Assembly: GCF_009834535.1 (NCBI RefSeq) | Contig: NC_045697.1 | Span: forward strand, 83,454,001-83,518,000 | DNA length: 64,000 nucleotides | From: Camelus ferus | Lineage: Eukaryota | Reading direction: 5' to 3' | Shown here: positions 53,581 through 64,000 of the stretch, piece by piece | How positions within the stretch are numbered: the stretch's first letter is position 1 | Layout: every line of letters begins with the position of its first letter | Program-made: the position numbers and the translations under genes | Notes under the pieces: generated by a model | Database searches by the model: none | What the model saw: the letters and a program-made list of their open reading frames with translations, nothing else | Told to the model about the DNA's origin: nothing

Positions 53581-55469
53581 GTCTATAGGTTTCAAATATT
53601 TGTGATTGATATGCCTCTTGATATAACATAGGAAATTCATACACCAGTCCAATTATGTCTGCCACTTCTACCCTGCTGTATGAAATGATCATTCATTTAT
53701 TCAAGAAATGTTTACTCAGCACCTACTCTTGTGCCAGGCTTAAAGCCATTCCCAGGACAATGTCATGTGGTGCCTTCCCTAATGAGGTGTGTACCTCTAG
53801 TTTAGGTGATTACTTTCTCCTCTCTTACCACCCCAACTGGGTTGAGGATCACTTATTCTGAAAGATGCCCGAGGTAACAGAGGAAGAATCTGTCTGACTT
53901 CTTCACTGACACACCCACAGGGTAGAGAGTAACAGGACTAGGACCTCAGACCGCCTCAGGACTTCCCGTTACATCTTTTCATTGCTCTTCTCTGCTCCTT
54001 TTGCATTACCCTGTCTCTGCAGACTGGCTGCCTCTGCTTCTCCGGTTCATGTAACCCTCCCTCAAACATAGCCAAAAACTGATCTGTAACTTTACATCTT
54101 ATGGTCCAGGCAAACAGTGAGAGACTGGGTTAATAACCTCTTATTCCCAGGACTCTGAAGAAGGATAAAAATGACAAGAGTTAGATTATATCCTGAAAAC
54201 TGCACTGGCAGTAATCATAATACCCTGCTGTTGGGTGTACCTGGATGCACACGTTCTAGCTCAATTTAAGAGGATCCAGGCAGACTTCCCCTTTAAATCA
54301 TAAGGCAGAACAGACGGCAAGCAACAGTGGGATAGTTTTCTCCTCTTGCCTCACTGGACAGTATAACACTGAGGGACATGAACAAAAGGTATTCTTTCCT
54401 CCGTAATTTCTAAATAAAAAGAAGGATGGAAAATTGCAATAGAAAGTCATTTTTCATCTAATATATCAAGCAAAGCTAATACCCCCAAGTGCAGTTTTTC
54501 TCACATCCATCTTAAAAAAAAACCCCAGTTCAGAGACAGAATATAGTCTTGGTCGTACTCCATGCAAATCATCATCTTGCTGCCTACCACAGCAGGGTTC
54601 AATTAATTTGACACAATTTCACACAGTCTTTCTCAGAGAAAAGCAAGTTCTTTGTCAAGTTTTAATATTACTAAATTACTCTTAGCAAATTCATGTAATG
54701 TTTTTGAGGCCTCCCAATGCATTTTTCAACACTATAAAATATAGCTAATTTTGTGGAAGAGGAATATTGTCAAGATCTTTTAAAAATATTTCATTTATGT
54801 TAGAACCTGAAGTTCTTTAGTTATTAATACTCATTTTCCAGATGGCAATCTTTTTTCACATTCCTTGTACTGCCAACATGATTCTATTCCATTTAGAAAT
54901 TGATTTTTACTTTGGGATGATGGTGGGTGTTAGTGGAAGAAGAAAGATAGGTTATAATGACAAGTTGGGACTTCCCCTTGCAGATTTTGCAATGCTTTGC
55001 AAAATGTATGTTTGTACATATTCAGTTCTTCACTTTGTAGATGGTATTGCCTGTGATTCTAAAAAATAATTGCTTCCTCTGCCTTTCATTAATGGTAGAT
55101 AATTAAATAATGGCTAATGTTTCCTTGGTGGAAACAGATGTTTTTCTTTGTAAAAACAGATGTGTTGCAAAACAGCTCCAACCACTCTGAATTCTGAAAA
55201 ATATCAGAATGGGAAAAATAGGTACTTGAGTGAGAGTCAATAAAAGCTACATTATGGATGTGCCTGATTTATGGCTGTGGTCAAAGTGGTCACTGCCATT
55301 CACTGTGTTTATATTATCACCCTGACTGTTTGAGGCCAGTGTGACTGATGGAGGTATCCGGCCATGGAAGATGGTTTTACTTCATGGCTGCCCTAGTTTG
55401 TGAATGCAGCTGCTATTTGTAAAATTTAGCAGAGGCTCTTCTTCACTCTTTTAACAACTCTTCAGGGGG

Positions 55470-56545
55470 GATGTTCTTACGTCAAGCAGTGTGTTGATAT
55501 TAAGAATACAGACGTGAACAGGGAAGGTACTTACAGATGCTTCCAATCTATGAAGGAATAGTAAGTACACAGAAATCACATGATTATAACCCTGGAATGT
55601 GCTGCAGAGTTTAAGTAGATGGTGATGTGAGAGTGTGTTACAGGGAGACCTAGCAGATCTGAGGGATCAGGGAGGCTTTTGTGAGGTGGGGACACAGGCT
55701 TAGAGCCATAGGATTTGGAGGATGAAGCCAAATGAGAAGAGGGGAGAAAACTTTCACACAAGGAGAACAGCAGGTAAGAGTGAGAGGACCCTCAGTCAGA
55801 AGAGAGGTGGTAACCCCTTTGGGAGAACTGAAAGAGGACCCGCTTTCCTGGAACTTAGTGGGGAGCACACCGTCGAATCAGGCCTGCAATGTGAGAGCGG
55901 GAAGCATACCTCAGTGTCTTGTGGGACATGTGTAGGAATTTGGGTTTTATCAGTAAGTGAAATGGGCAGCCATTGTTGGATTTTCAGCTGGGAAGAAGGA
56001 ATCAGATTTGTACTTTGATGCTGGACTGAGAAAAGTATCGAGGGAGGCCAGAAGTGTTTCTGGTGAGGCTCATCATTGCAGTAGCTCTAGTGAGAGGGAC
56101 ATTGCCTGGAAAAGCAGAGAAGTGCACTGGGTTGAATGAGTTTTGGGAAAAAGGAATGAGAGGACTTGGCTCTGTTTAGATAAGCAGGAGCGAGGGAAAA
56201 GAAGGTGTCAAGGTTGAAGCACTAGGTGGTTATGAGAAGATGAAAATGAGTTTAGAGGGTAGATCAGAACTTCAGTTATGGACAGGTTGTGTTTGCTTCT
56301 GCATGACTCCAGTGGAGCCAAGGAGTGGCTGGTGTGTAATCAGAAAAGGCACAACTACTGTGAGTTGTTATTGTATCAAGTTAATAATTCAAGTTGAAAT
56401 CCTGGAGCTCAAAGGAAGGAGGTCTGAGTTACAAATAAACATTTGGAATTTGGGGAGCAGAGATGGTAATGAAAGCCAGGGAGTATGTGAGCTCATCTGG
56501 GAAAAGGGGGAGGAATTAGAAGAAGCCCAAGGATGGACATGGTGC
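55470..56545 (-). mobile_element. L2 (about 1 kb) in intron 1
   Basis: Reverse L2 hallmarks (gagggatcagggaggctttt…gtaggaatttgggttttatc…gggcagccattg…aacatttggaatttggggagcag). Confidence 0.75.
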
Positions 56546-56734
56546 TGGTTATGCCTCTTATTGGACCTCTTCTGCACTGAGACCCATCTGACTTTAGATT
56601 CCTGCATCAAAGGTGGACTTCCTGTACTTCCCACAACTCTGCTCACACTGGAATACTTGTAGCTGTCCCTTTATGAACCTTGGTCCATTTCTATTGGCCA
56701 TCTTCAGGATATTCTCTTATTTCATGTTATTTAT

Positions 56735-56764
<30 letters not shown>
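56735..56764. repeat. (ATC)10 microsatellite at the tail of a reverse MIR
   Basis: Directly visible; explains the poly-Ser in the 56613..56999 ORF. Confidence 0.95.
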
Positions 56765-56765
<1 letters not shown>

Positions 56766-58559
56766 CAGGTAGCATTTAGTACATTCATTCTCTGTGCCAG
56801 ACAGTTTTCTAAGAGCTTTTTATGCTTTTATCTTATAATTCTCATCAAAACCGTATTAAGTAGGTACCCCAAGTATCCCCGATTTCATGAGGAAACTGCA
56901 GCATCTACCGGTAAGAGCTGCTTGATATCCATCTCCTACATGTTCCTACCAGGAAAGGGACGTGCTGCTGTTGCCTTCCCAGGTGTACGGTATCTTTGAT
57001 GTAGGCTGTCAAGTTCAAAATCAGTTCAGCTACTACAAGCTGTGGCACCTTGGGCATGTTACTTAGCCTTTAAAGGGCCCAAGACCATGCTGGCTCACAG
57101 CAGCGTTCATTGGTGCTTGCTGTGTTGCTGTTGTTGTTCTTCTGCCTTCTCATGTGATGCGATTCCCTTCAGTGTGCCTTATAGGAAATCCTGATGAGGT
57201 GGCGATGTTTGTAACTAGCCCAGCCTTGCAGCTTTCCTGTATTTACTGTGACTATTCCAAAATGCCTGCCTAAATGGTCCGTTGATAGTCTAAATTTAAT
57301 ATACAGTCTCTTGGTCATTCAGCGTACTCCTCACCATGGATTAAATGGATAGCCATATTCAACCACAACTGTCATCTCTGTACCTCCAAGATAGATGGCT
57401 GTGTCCATGGAGACTGACACTGCAGGCTAGTGTGCCTGCCCTTTGGTTATTCAGAAAGCCCTTCAGACCATGCAAAAGTCTGTCATTTTCAATATGCTTT
57501 TGTGAGAGCCCTTCAAGAACACAGTCGTCACTATACTGAAGTTTTTGCCTGTTGATCTTGTGGGCCTTTAAAAATGTTTTTATACTGGGTCCTGTTTGAA
57601 AGATCCTGTTTGAGTCCTATATCCTTGGAAATTGCCGGCTAACAAAACAGAGAGACGTTAAAAAATAATGTTGCTAATAATATTTAGTAAGAGTGGTGAT
57701 AAAGTCCCCAGAGGGACAGGAATTCTAATTAGACCATATAATCTATGGGCCTGGTCTAAAGGGGGAGGAGTGGAGTTGGTCAGAAAGGCTTTCCTGAGGA
57801 ATTGAGTTTGTGCAGCATATCGAGATTTGCCTGTGACCCATCAATTTCGAATATTCCCTTGACTTTCTTGTTTGTCAGCATCCAACTGTTTGGTGGAAGA
57901 TTGTGATTCTGCTCTCTCCCCAAGCATCACTTAGTCACCTGCCTGAGCCCTAAGAGTCCGTCACTAGCTCAAGCCAATTTCCACTCTAAGCTATGGTGTT
58001 GTTATTACTGGCTCTTTTCTTCTTCTAGTTCCCTGGCCTGCCCATTCCCCAACCAGTAATCATGTCCTCTTCTGCCTTCCTCCCAAGTCTCTCTTTGTTT
58101 CCATTCTCCCTGAGAAACCCCTCAGTCTGGACTCAGACCACCCCCGCCATCTTGGCTGGGATGGTCCTGACCCCACCCACTTCTTCACTTTGTGCAACGC
58201 GGCTTGTATGCTCTCTGTTCATGTTACTGCTCTTGGTCTGTTCTGGATGTCTCTGCTTAATGGATCATCTGTACACAGTATTTTTATTGTCTCTCATCTG
58301 TTCAGATACATCCAGTGCTGTTTCCAAGTCAACACTGTTGTGTTCACAGTCATTTCCAAGGATGTTCATCAGTCCGCAGCCCTCTTCCAATGAAATATTA
58401 TTTCCATCTTCAACCCAGCACCTAGTGCCTTGTAATTAGTTTAGTCTAACTCTCAGATAAGCACACTGTGACCATTTCTTCAGCCTTGCCGGGTTTTTAT
58501 GCCTGACACGTTTACCTTGTTCTCGTATCCCAATCCGGCCCAGCACGCCATGTCCCCCA

Positions 58560-58860
58560 ACATACCATGTCTCTCAGAAGACGCCCCTCACTTTCCTAGG
58601 TTTCAGTTATCTCTCTTGCGTTTTCTAGCAGAACTTGTAACAGATACAGTCTGCACAGCACAAACCACTACTTATTATGTGCAACATAGTACTGGCTGTT
58701 GCTTCCCGAGTCTTATTTCCTCCAATAGGGACCTGCTTCTGCAGACGGTCATTCCTAACATCACTACTGTGGTGTCCCCAGCACTTAGTACAGCACTAAG
58801 CCCAGAGCAGGTGTTCAGTAGATACATGATAACTGCTTGAAGAATGATTAACTGAAAGGT
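58560..58860 (+). mobile_element. L2 3' end
   Basis: catcactactgtggtgtccccagcacttagtacagcactaagcccagagcaggtgttcagtagatacatg. Confidence 0.6.
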
Positions 58861-60709
58861 ATCTTTGAGTGAGTGAAGATCTATCATCTACCATAGTTAC
58901 TTTTTTGTTCCATGTTGAGATGGTATGAATATATCTTCTTAGTATTAAATAAAAGAGACATTAACTCTAGCAAATTTACAGGTAAGTATAACCCTATTAA
59001 TAGTGATATGTAATGCTAAAAATAATTTATGGTATTAGAATAAAGCAGAAGTGTCAGATTAACCTGTGAGTTTAATATGACACTGTAGTCAACTAACTCC
59101 ACAAATAGCCATTGGGTGCTTACTCTGTGCCTCTGGGCTCAATGATAGACAAAAGAGGCATTATCTCTACCCTCCTAGAGTTTACAGTTAGACAAGGGAG
59201 ACTGGCTTTAAAAAAATTTTAATTACAGTAGCACCAAGAAGTACAAAGGAGAGATACTTTCCACAGTGGCTGTGTGTGACTGCGGGGTCTTACCACATTT
59301 GGAATGTCAGCCACATACTGAGAAGTTTTCACAGGGGAACTGTGTGGAGGAGCTTAATTTTCCACACGTCCCTGTCTTCCTAGAGCTGCCCCACCACTGA
59401 AAGGCTCAGGAGAAGCTGCTACAGTGCCATCTAATGCAGAAGAAGGAGTGACAGTGTCACGTAACAGGATGGACAGTTAAGTCCATCCTGAGATTTTCAG
59501 AGCTAACAGAGACAGAGAGATTCCCATTGTTGTTGGTAATGGTCAAGTTTGCAGTAGGGACAGGAAATTTTGAAAGTCCACCCCAAAGACTAAATTTGGC
59601 CACAGCAAAGTGAGATATGTGGTTGGAAAAGGTTTGCAGAAGACTTCGAGAATCTTAATGTATCCATTTAAATATGGTGGACTGAATCCTATACTCTGGG
59701 ACATACACTAGAATTCCCTTTGGCTTCAGGAGGAAACTTGCAGCGTTTAATGGAAAGGACGTGTCTTTCAGTGTTTTATACCTGCTCACGGAGAAGGTAG
59801 CTTTGATAGGTTCCTAATAACCATCCTAAAGAGTGAGAGCAAACACTCCTCACCACTCTGCCTCCTCACAGCTAAGAACTGTATGAGTTATGTATCTTTC
59901 ACTTCTGACAATAGGAACAAACTGAGACACTGCCATCTGAAATGCAAAATGTGCTAAGACCTTTTGTATCCAGCCAAAAACACTTTACAGCTAAAAGTGA
60001 AACAGAGGCATAGAGCGATGTGAGATTTTGTATCCTGCTGTTGTACCTCAGACAATTATATCATTCATAAACATGTACCTAAATTTAAAGGTGCAATTAC
60101 TTTTCAAAATGAAATAACTCCAGTTACAATGAAAAACTCACAGTTGTCCTGGTAATTTTGATTTGCTTAAATTACACCTAAACCTGTGCTAGAGTGTTTA
60201 AAAGAGTAGGATTTCTTTTAGAGCGTGTCAGATCACTTAATGGCATTTTACCTTACAGAGGGGTGGTATGCCACAGACCTCCCCTGACGTAGCCAGTCCC
60301 CCACCTCCTCCCTCTGGGGTGTCCCTCAGACTTGTCCCCACCCCCATTCACTCTGCTCTGTGATCACTTACAGATGATTGGACTGTGAGAAATGAGCCTG
60401 TACTGGCTTGCCAGAGTTGACTCTCTTAACCCTGCTCTGTAATATCTTCCACATTCTTGATTAATCCATTTTCCCCGAAAATCTCATCTTTATCATGTTA
60501 TTTCCCCAATCAGGAAAGTTTAGTGACTCCCTACAGGATTTCTCAGTGATGAACTTCTGTGCTGTCTAAACTCTCTGTAATCTGAGTTACCCATACTTTG
60601 TACAATTTATTTTTTAGGTCCTCCTCACTCCTTCCTTCAACTCTTCATCAGAGTGTCCCTTGCCCAGTATTGTACTACGCCTGCCTCTGTAAAGTTCCCT
60701 CTGTCTCAA

Positions 60710-61043
60710 CAAATGAACTTATTTACAAAACAGAAGTAGATGCACCGACATAGAAAACAAACTTATAGTTACCAAAGGGGAAAGAGGGAAGGCGGGGATA
60801 AATTAGGAATTTAGGATTAATAGATACAAACTACTATATATAAAATAAACAACAAGGGCCTACTGTACAGCACAGGGAACTGTATTCAATATCTTGTAAT
60901 GACCTAAAATGGGAAAGAATCTGAAAAAGAATATGTGTTTTTATATGTAAATATGCATAACTGAATCACTTTGCTATATACCTGAAACACTGTAAATCAA
61001 CCATACATCAATAAATTTTTTTAACTTAATTAAAAATTTTTTA
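60710..61043 (+). mobile_element. Artiodactyl-type L1 3' UTR (5'-truncated) inside an L2
   Basis: caaatgaacttatttacaaaacagaa…gacatagaaaacaaacttatagttaccaaagggga…cagcacagggaactgtattcaatatcttgtaat…aactgaatcactttgct; TSD aaagttccctctgtctcaa / aaagttccacctatctcaa (16/19). Confidence 0.88.
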
Positions 61044-62417
61044 AAAGTTCCACCTATCTCAAATGCCTATTCATATTCCCCTCATCCTTCAAGGCTCTGC
61101 CCCACATCCAACACACAACACCCCCCTCCCTGCATTGCAGACTACATGCTCCCCTACTTGCCATGGCATCTTTCTTCTCACATCCTGTGACAGACATTTG
61201 TCTCTGATCAACAACCCATACATTATTGTTTGTCATTTGAGTCACCGTCTCTACCTAATAATTCTAGACCCTTTAAAGAAATTCATTCTGCTGAAATTTA
61301 TATTTTAAACACAAAGATAGTTACCGCATAAAAATTTGAATGAATGATATAGATTCCCTAAATATTTGAATGAATAAAGTACAATACATAATTTACAGGG
61401 GAAATGGGATATTTATCCTATAAACATCTGGCAGTTATAATGCATATTATATTATTCATAAATATAAATATATATTATTCAAATATTGCTCATTGCATAT
61501 TTCATAGGTGAATATCAGAAAATTTTAGAGTCTTGGTGATCATTTATTCTAACCTTATCATTTTACTCAGAGGGTGTCAGGGCCAAAGTGGCAATGAATA
61601 AAATGCAGAAGTGCAATAAACCCTAATATTATGAAAAACACCAGCTATGATCTTCTCCACCAGTGCTTTCAGCTGTCTTACAGCTAGCTTTCAGCCTGCC
61701 TTCTGGACAATAATCAGACCCCTCTTAACTTTTTCTGTATTCCATGATATCTCCTTGAAAAGTGCCAAGACCAAGAAGACTCAAATAAACTTCTGCTCTA
61801 GGAAGCACCCATGTTTCTTTCCTATTATTTTTCAAAGGTTACTAAAACCTGAAAAGGATTTGAAATTATAGCATAACAAGGTGTTTCATGAAGTTTCAGG
61901 TGTTTTCATTATGTTTTTTGAAAACACTTTTACAGTACTTTTTTCATACAATTATTGAGCTTCTCCAAAAAGCAGAAACTAATGTCTTAATTGTAGCATT
62001 TAATGAAATATATCCAAGCTTTTATGAATTTTCAGCACATGTAGTTAAACACAAATAGCGTGAGCCTGTATTACATGGTGTAGCAGTGTATGCTCAAGTG
62101 ACCTCTCTGTGGTCTCAGGTCTATTTGATCTAGAGTTTGATGCAAAGCTCAGTGAGTAAAAGGAAATTCCTTGTTAGCCCAATGCCTTTTCTACACTAGG
62201 GACAGAGACCTTATGTTCAATGGAGTCCTTTTCCTCTTTTTACCCGTCCCATGTCCTCATCCAGATCTGGGAGAAGGAAAGAGAGGCATTCTTACTTCTC
62301 ATACATCAGTTCATCTGCCTAACAGGTTGCCCCTGGGACCAGTTAACAGGATGAAAACTCGCTCATTTTAATGCTGCAGACTGAATGTTTGATTTTCTAT
62401 TCTATTCTACTTTTCAG

Positions 62418-62575
62418 ACTATATTTTCTGTGAGTCCTGATCCAGTGACACAAATGTGCTGCAATGGTGACATAAACTATTGACTGAGACTGGAAGTATC
62501 TGAAACACCACCTTTTCTTCTTTCATTTTGTTTATGGTGCTTCTGTTGGAACGGCCTGAGCAAAGTATATACAAC
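62418..62575 (+). other. NDST3: 5' UTR portion of NDST3 exon 2
   Basis: Polypyrimidine tract plus acceptor ttttctattctattctacttttcAG ending at 62417, 158 nt upstream of the ATG. Confidence 0.85.
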
Positions 62576-63556
62576 ATGAGTTTTATCCTGAAGCTGCACA
62601 GACACTTTCAAAGGACGGTTCTTCTGCTTGCCACATTCTGTATGGTGAGCATTATTATTTCTGCGTACTACCTGTACAGTGGCTACAAGCAGGAAAGTGA
62701 GCTGTCTGAGATGGCTGCAGAAGTAGACTGCGGGGACTTCCAGCACTTACCATATAGGCTAATGGAAGTGAAGACAGGGAAGCTCTCGGATGCCTCGAGG
62801 ACAGACCCCACCGTGCTGGTGTTTGTGGAAAGCCAGTACTCGTCACTTGGTCAAGACATCATTATGATTCTAGAATCCAGTCGATTCCAGTATCACATTG
62901 AAATTGCTCCCGGAAAAGGGGATCTCCCAGCACTTACAGAAAAAACTAGAGGCAAATATATTCTCATTATTTACGAGAATATTTTAAAGTATATAAATAT
63001 GGACTCTTGGAATCGAAGCCTTTTGGATAAATACTGTGCCGAATATGGGGTAGGCGTCATTGGATTCCACAAAACCAGTGAGAAGAGCCTACAGAGCTTT
63101 CAGCTGAAAGGTTTCCCTTTTTCTCTCTATGGAAACCTTGCTGTGAAAGGCTGTTGTATTAATCCTCATTCTCCGTTGCTTCATGTGACCAAATCTTCTA
63201 AGCTTGAAAAAGGTTCTTTACCGGGAAGTGACTGGACAGTTTTCCAGGTTAATCACTCAGCCTACCAACCAGTAATATTTGCCAAAGTAAAGACCCCAGA
63301 AAACCTTTCTCCTCCCATCTCTAAAGGTGCTTTTTATGCCACCGTTGTACATGACCTGGGGCTCCATGATGGAATTCAAAGAGTTCTTTTTGGCAACAAC
63401 TTGAACTTTTGGCTGCACAAGCTCATCTTCATAGATGCTGTTTCCTTCTTGTCAGGGAAGAGGCTGACATTGTCCTTGGACAGGTACATACTTGTGGATA
63501 TTGATGATATCTTTGTGGGAAAGGAAGGTACAAGAATGAACACCAATGACGTGAAG
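62576..63556 (+). CDS. NDST3: NDST3, first coding exon (codons 1-327): cytoplasmic tail, type II TM anchor, N-terminal domain and start of the deacetylase domain
   Basis: Translation [37 protein letters not shown]...[21 protein letters not shown]...[27 protein letters not shown] matches NDST3 as I recall it, and the N-terminus distinguishes it from NDST1/2/4. ATG at 62576 (aacATGa); 981 nt to a phase-0 donor AAG|GTAAGG (GT at 63557). Confidence 0.97.
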
Positions 63557-64000
63557 GTAAGGCTGTCTTATCTCAAAGTGTCAGAGTTTGGTTCATCTTT
63601 CAGTAGGTTGCCTGGGGCTAGGCGTTTTCCGGGACATAATGTTTTATGACTTGATTTGATTGGGAGATTCTTAGGCAAACTGGAATGAGTTGGCTACCCT
63701 CAGCTCTTTTTGAGACATGGGGCTATATCTCAGCCTTAGAACAACTAATTAGATATATATTTTTTCTTTGAATCAAGAAAAAAATGAAGATTGTACAAAA
63801 GGACTGAGTGTGGCAGAATCCGGAAATGCATTTCTTTGTATATTTCTATGTGTATTTAAAACTACAGAGTGGAAACCACTTTGTTTAATTACTGTCCAGT
63901 GCAGTTATCTACCTTAGTAAACTATTACTAACCTAAGACTTTAGTCCCTTTAAATATGAAATCAAGGTGAATTTGTTTTAATGAAAATAAATACTCCCAC

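Noticed and set aside
62528..63649. 373-aa ORF as a complete single-exon protein
   Set aside because: It starts at a TTG upstream of the real ATG and runs past the splice donor at 63556; it is NDST3 exon 2 plus flanks.

Overview
Mammalian genomic DNA, most likely a camelid (Camelus/Vicugna), judged from six copies of a camelid-type tRNA-derived SINE plus artiodactyl-type L1 and Tigger1 derivatives. The window covers about 49 kb of repeat-rich upstream DNA and the 5' end of NDST3 (heparan sulfate N-deacetylase/N-sulfotransferase 3) on the + strand. The NDST3 parts are: a CpG-island promoter (~49.35-50.15 kb), a probable non-coding exon 1 ending at a consensus donor (50689), an ~11.7 kb intron 1, and exon 2 (62418-63556) carrying the first 327 codons. 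Nearly all other ORFs in the track are spurious. The most unusual structure is a MER41-like ERV1 LTR (9905-10534) with an env-tail remnant and polypurine tract on its left and a partial tRNA-Lys primer-binding site on its right. It sits in an L2 that appears to have lost ~300 bp and shows no TSD, which looks like capture of a reverse-transcription intermediate or a 1-LTR circle. Other points: uORFs and an in-frame upstream ATG in the NDST3 leader, a possible intron-2 read-through isoform, a CTCF-like site in exon 1, and several nested transposon insertions with preserved TSDs. Repeat family names come from recalled consensus sequences, not from a search, and boundaries of old repeats are approximate. 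I found no convincing novel multi-gene system.
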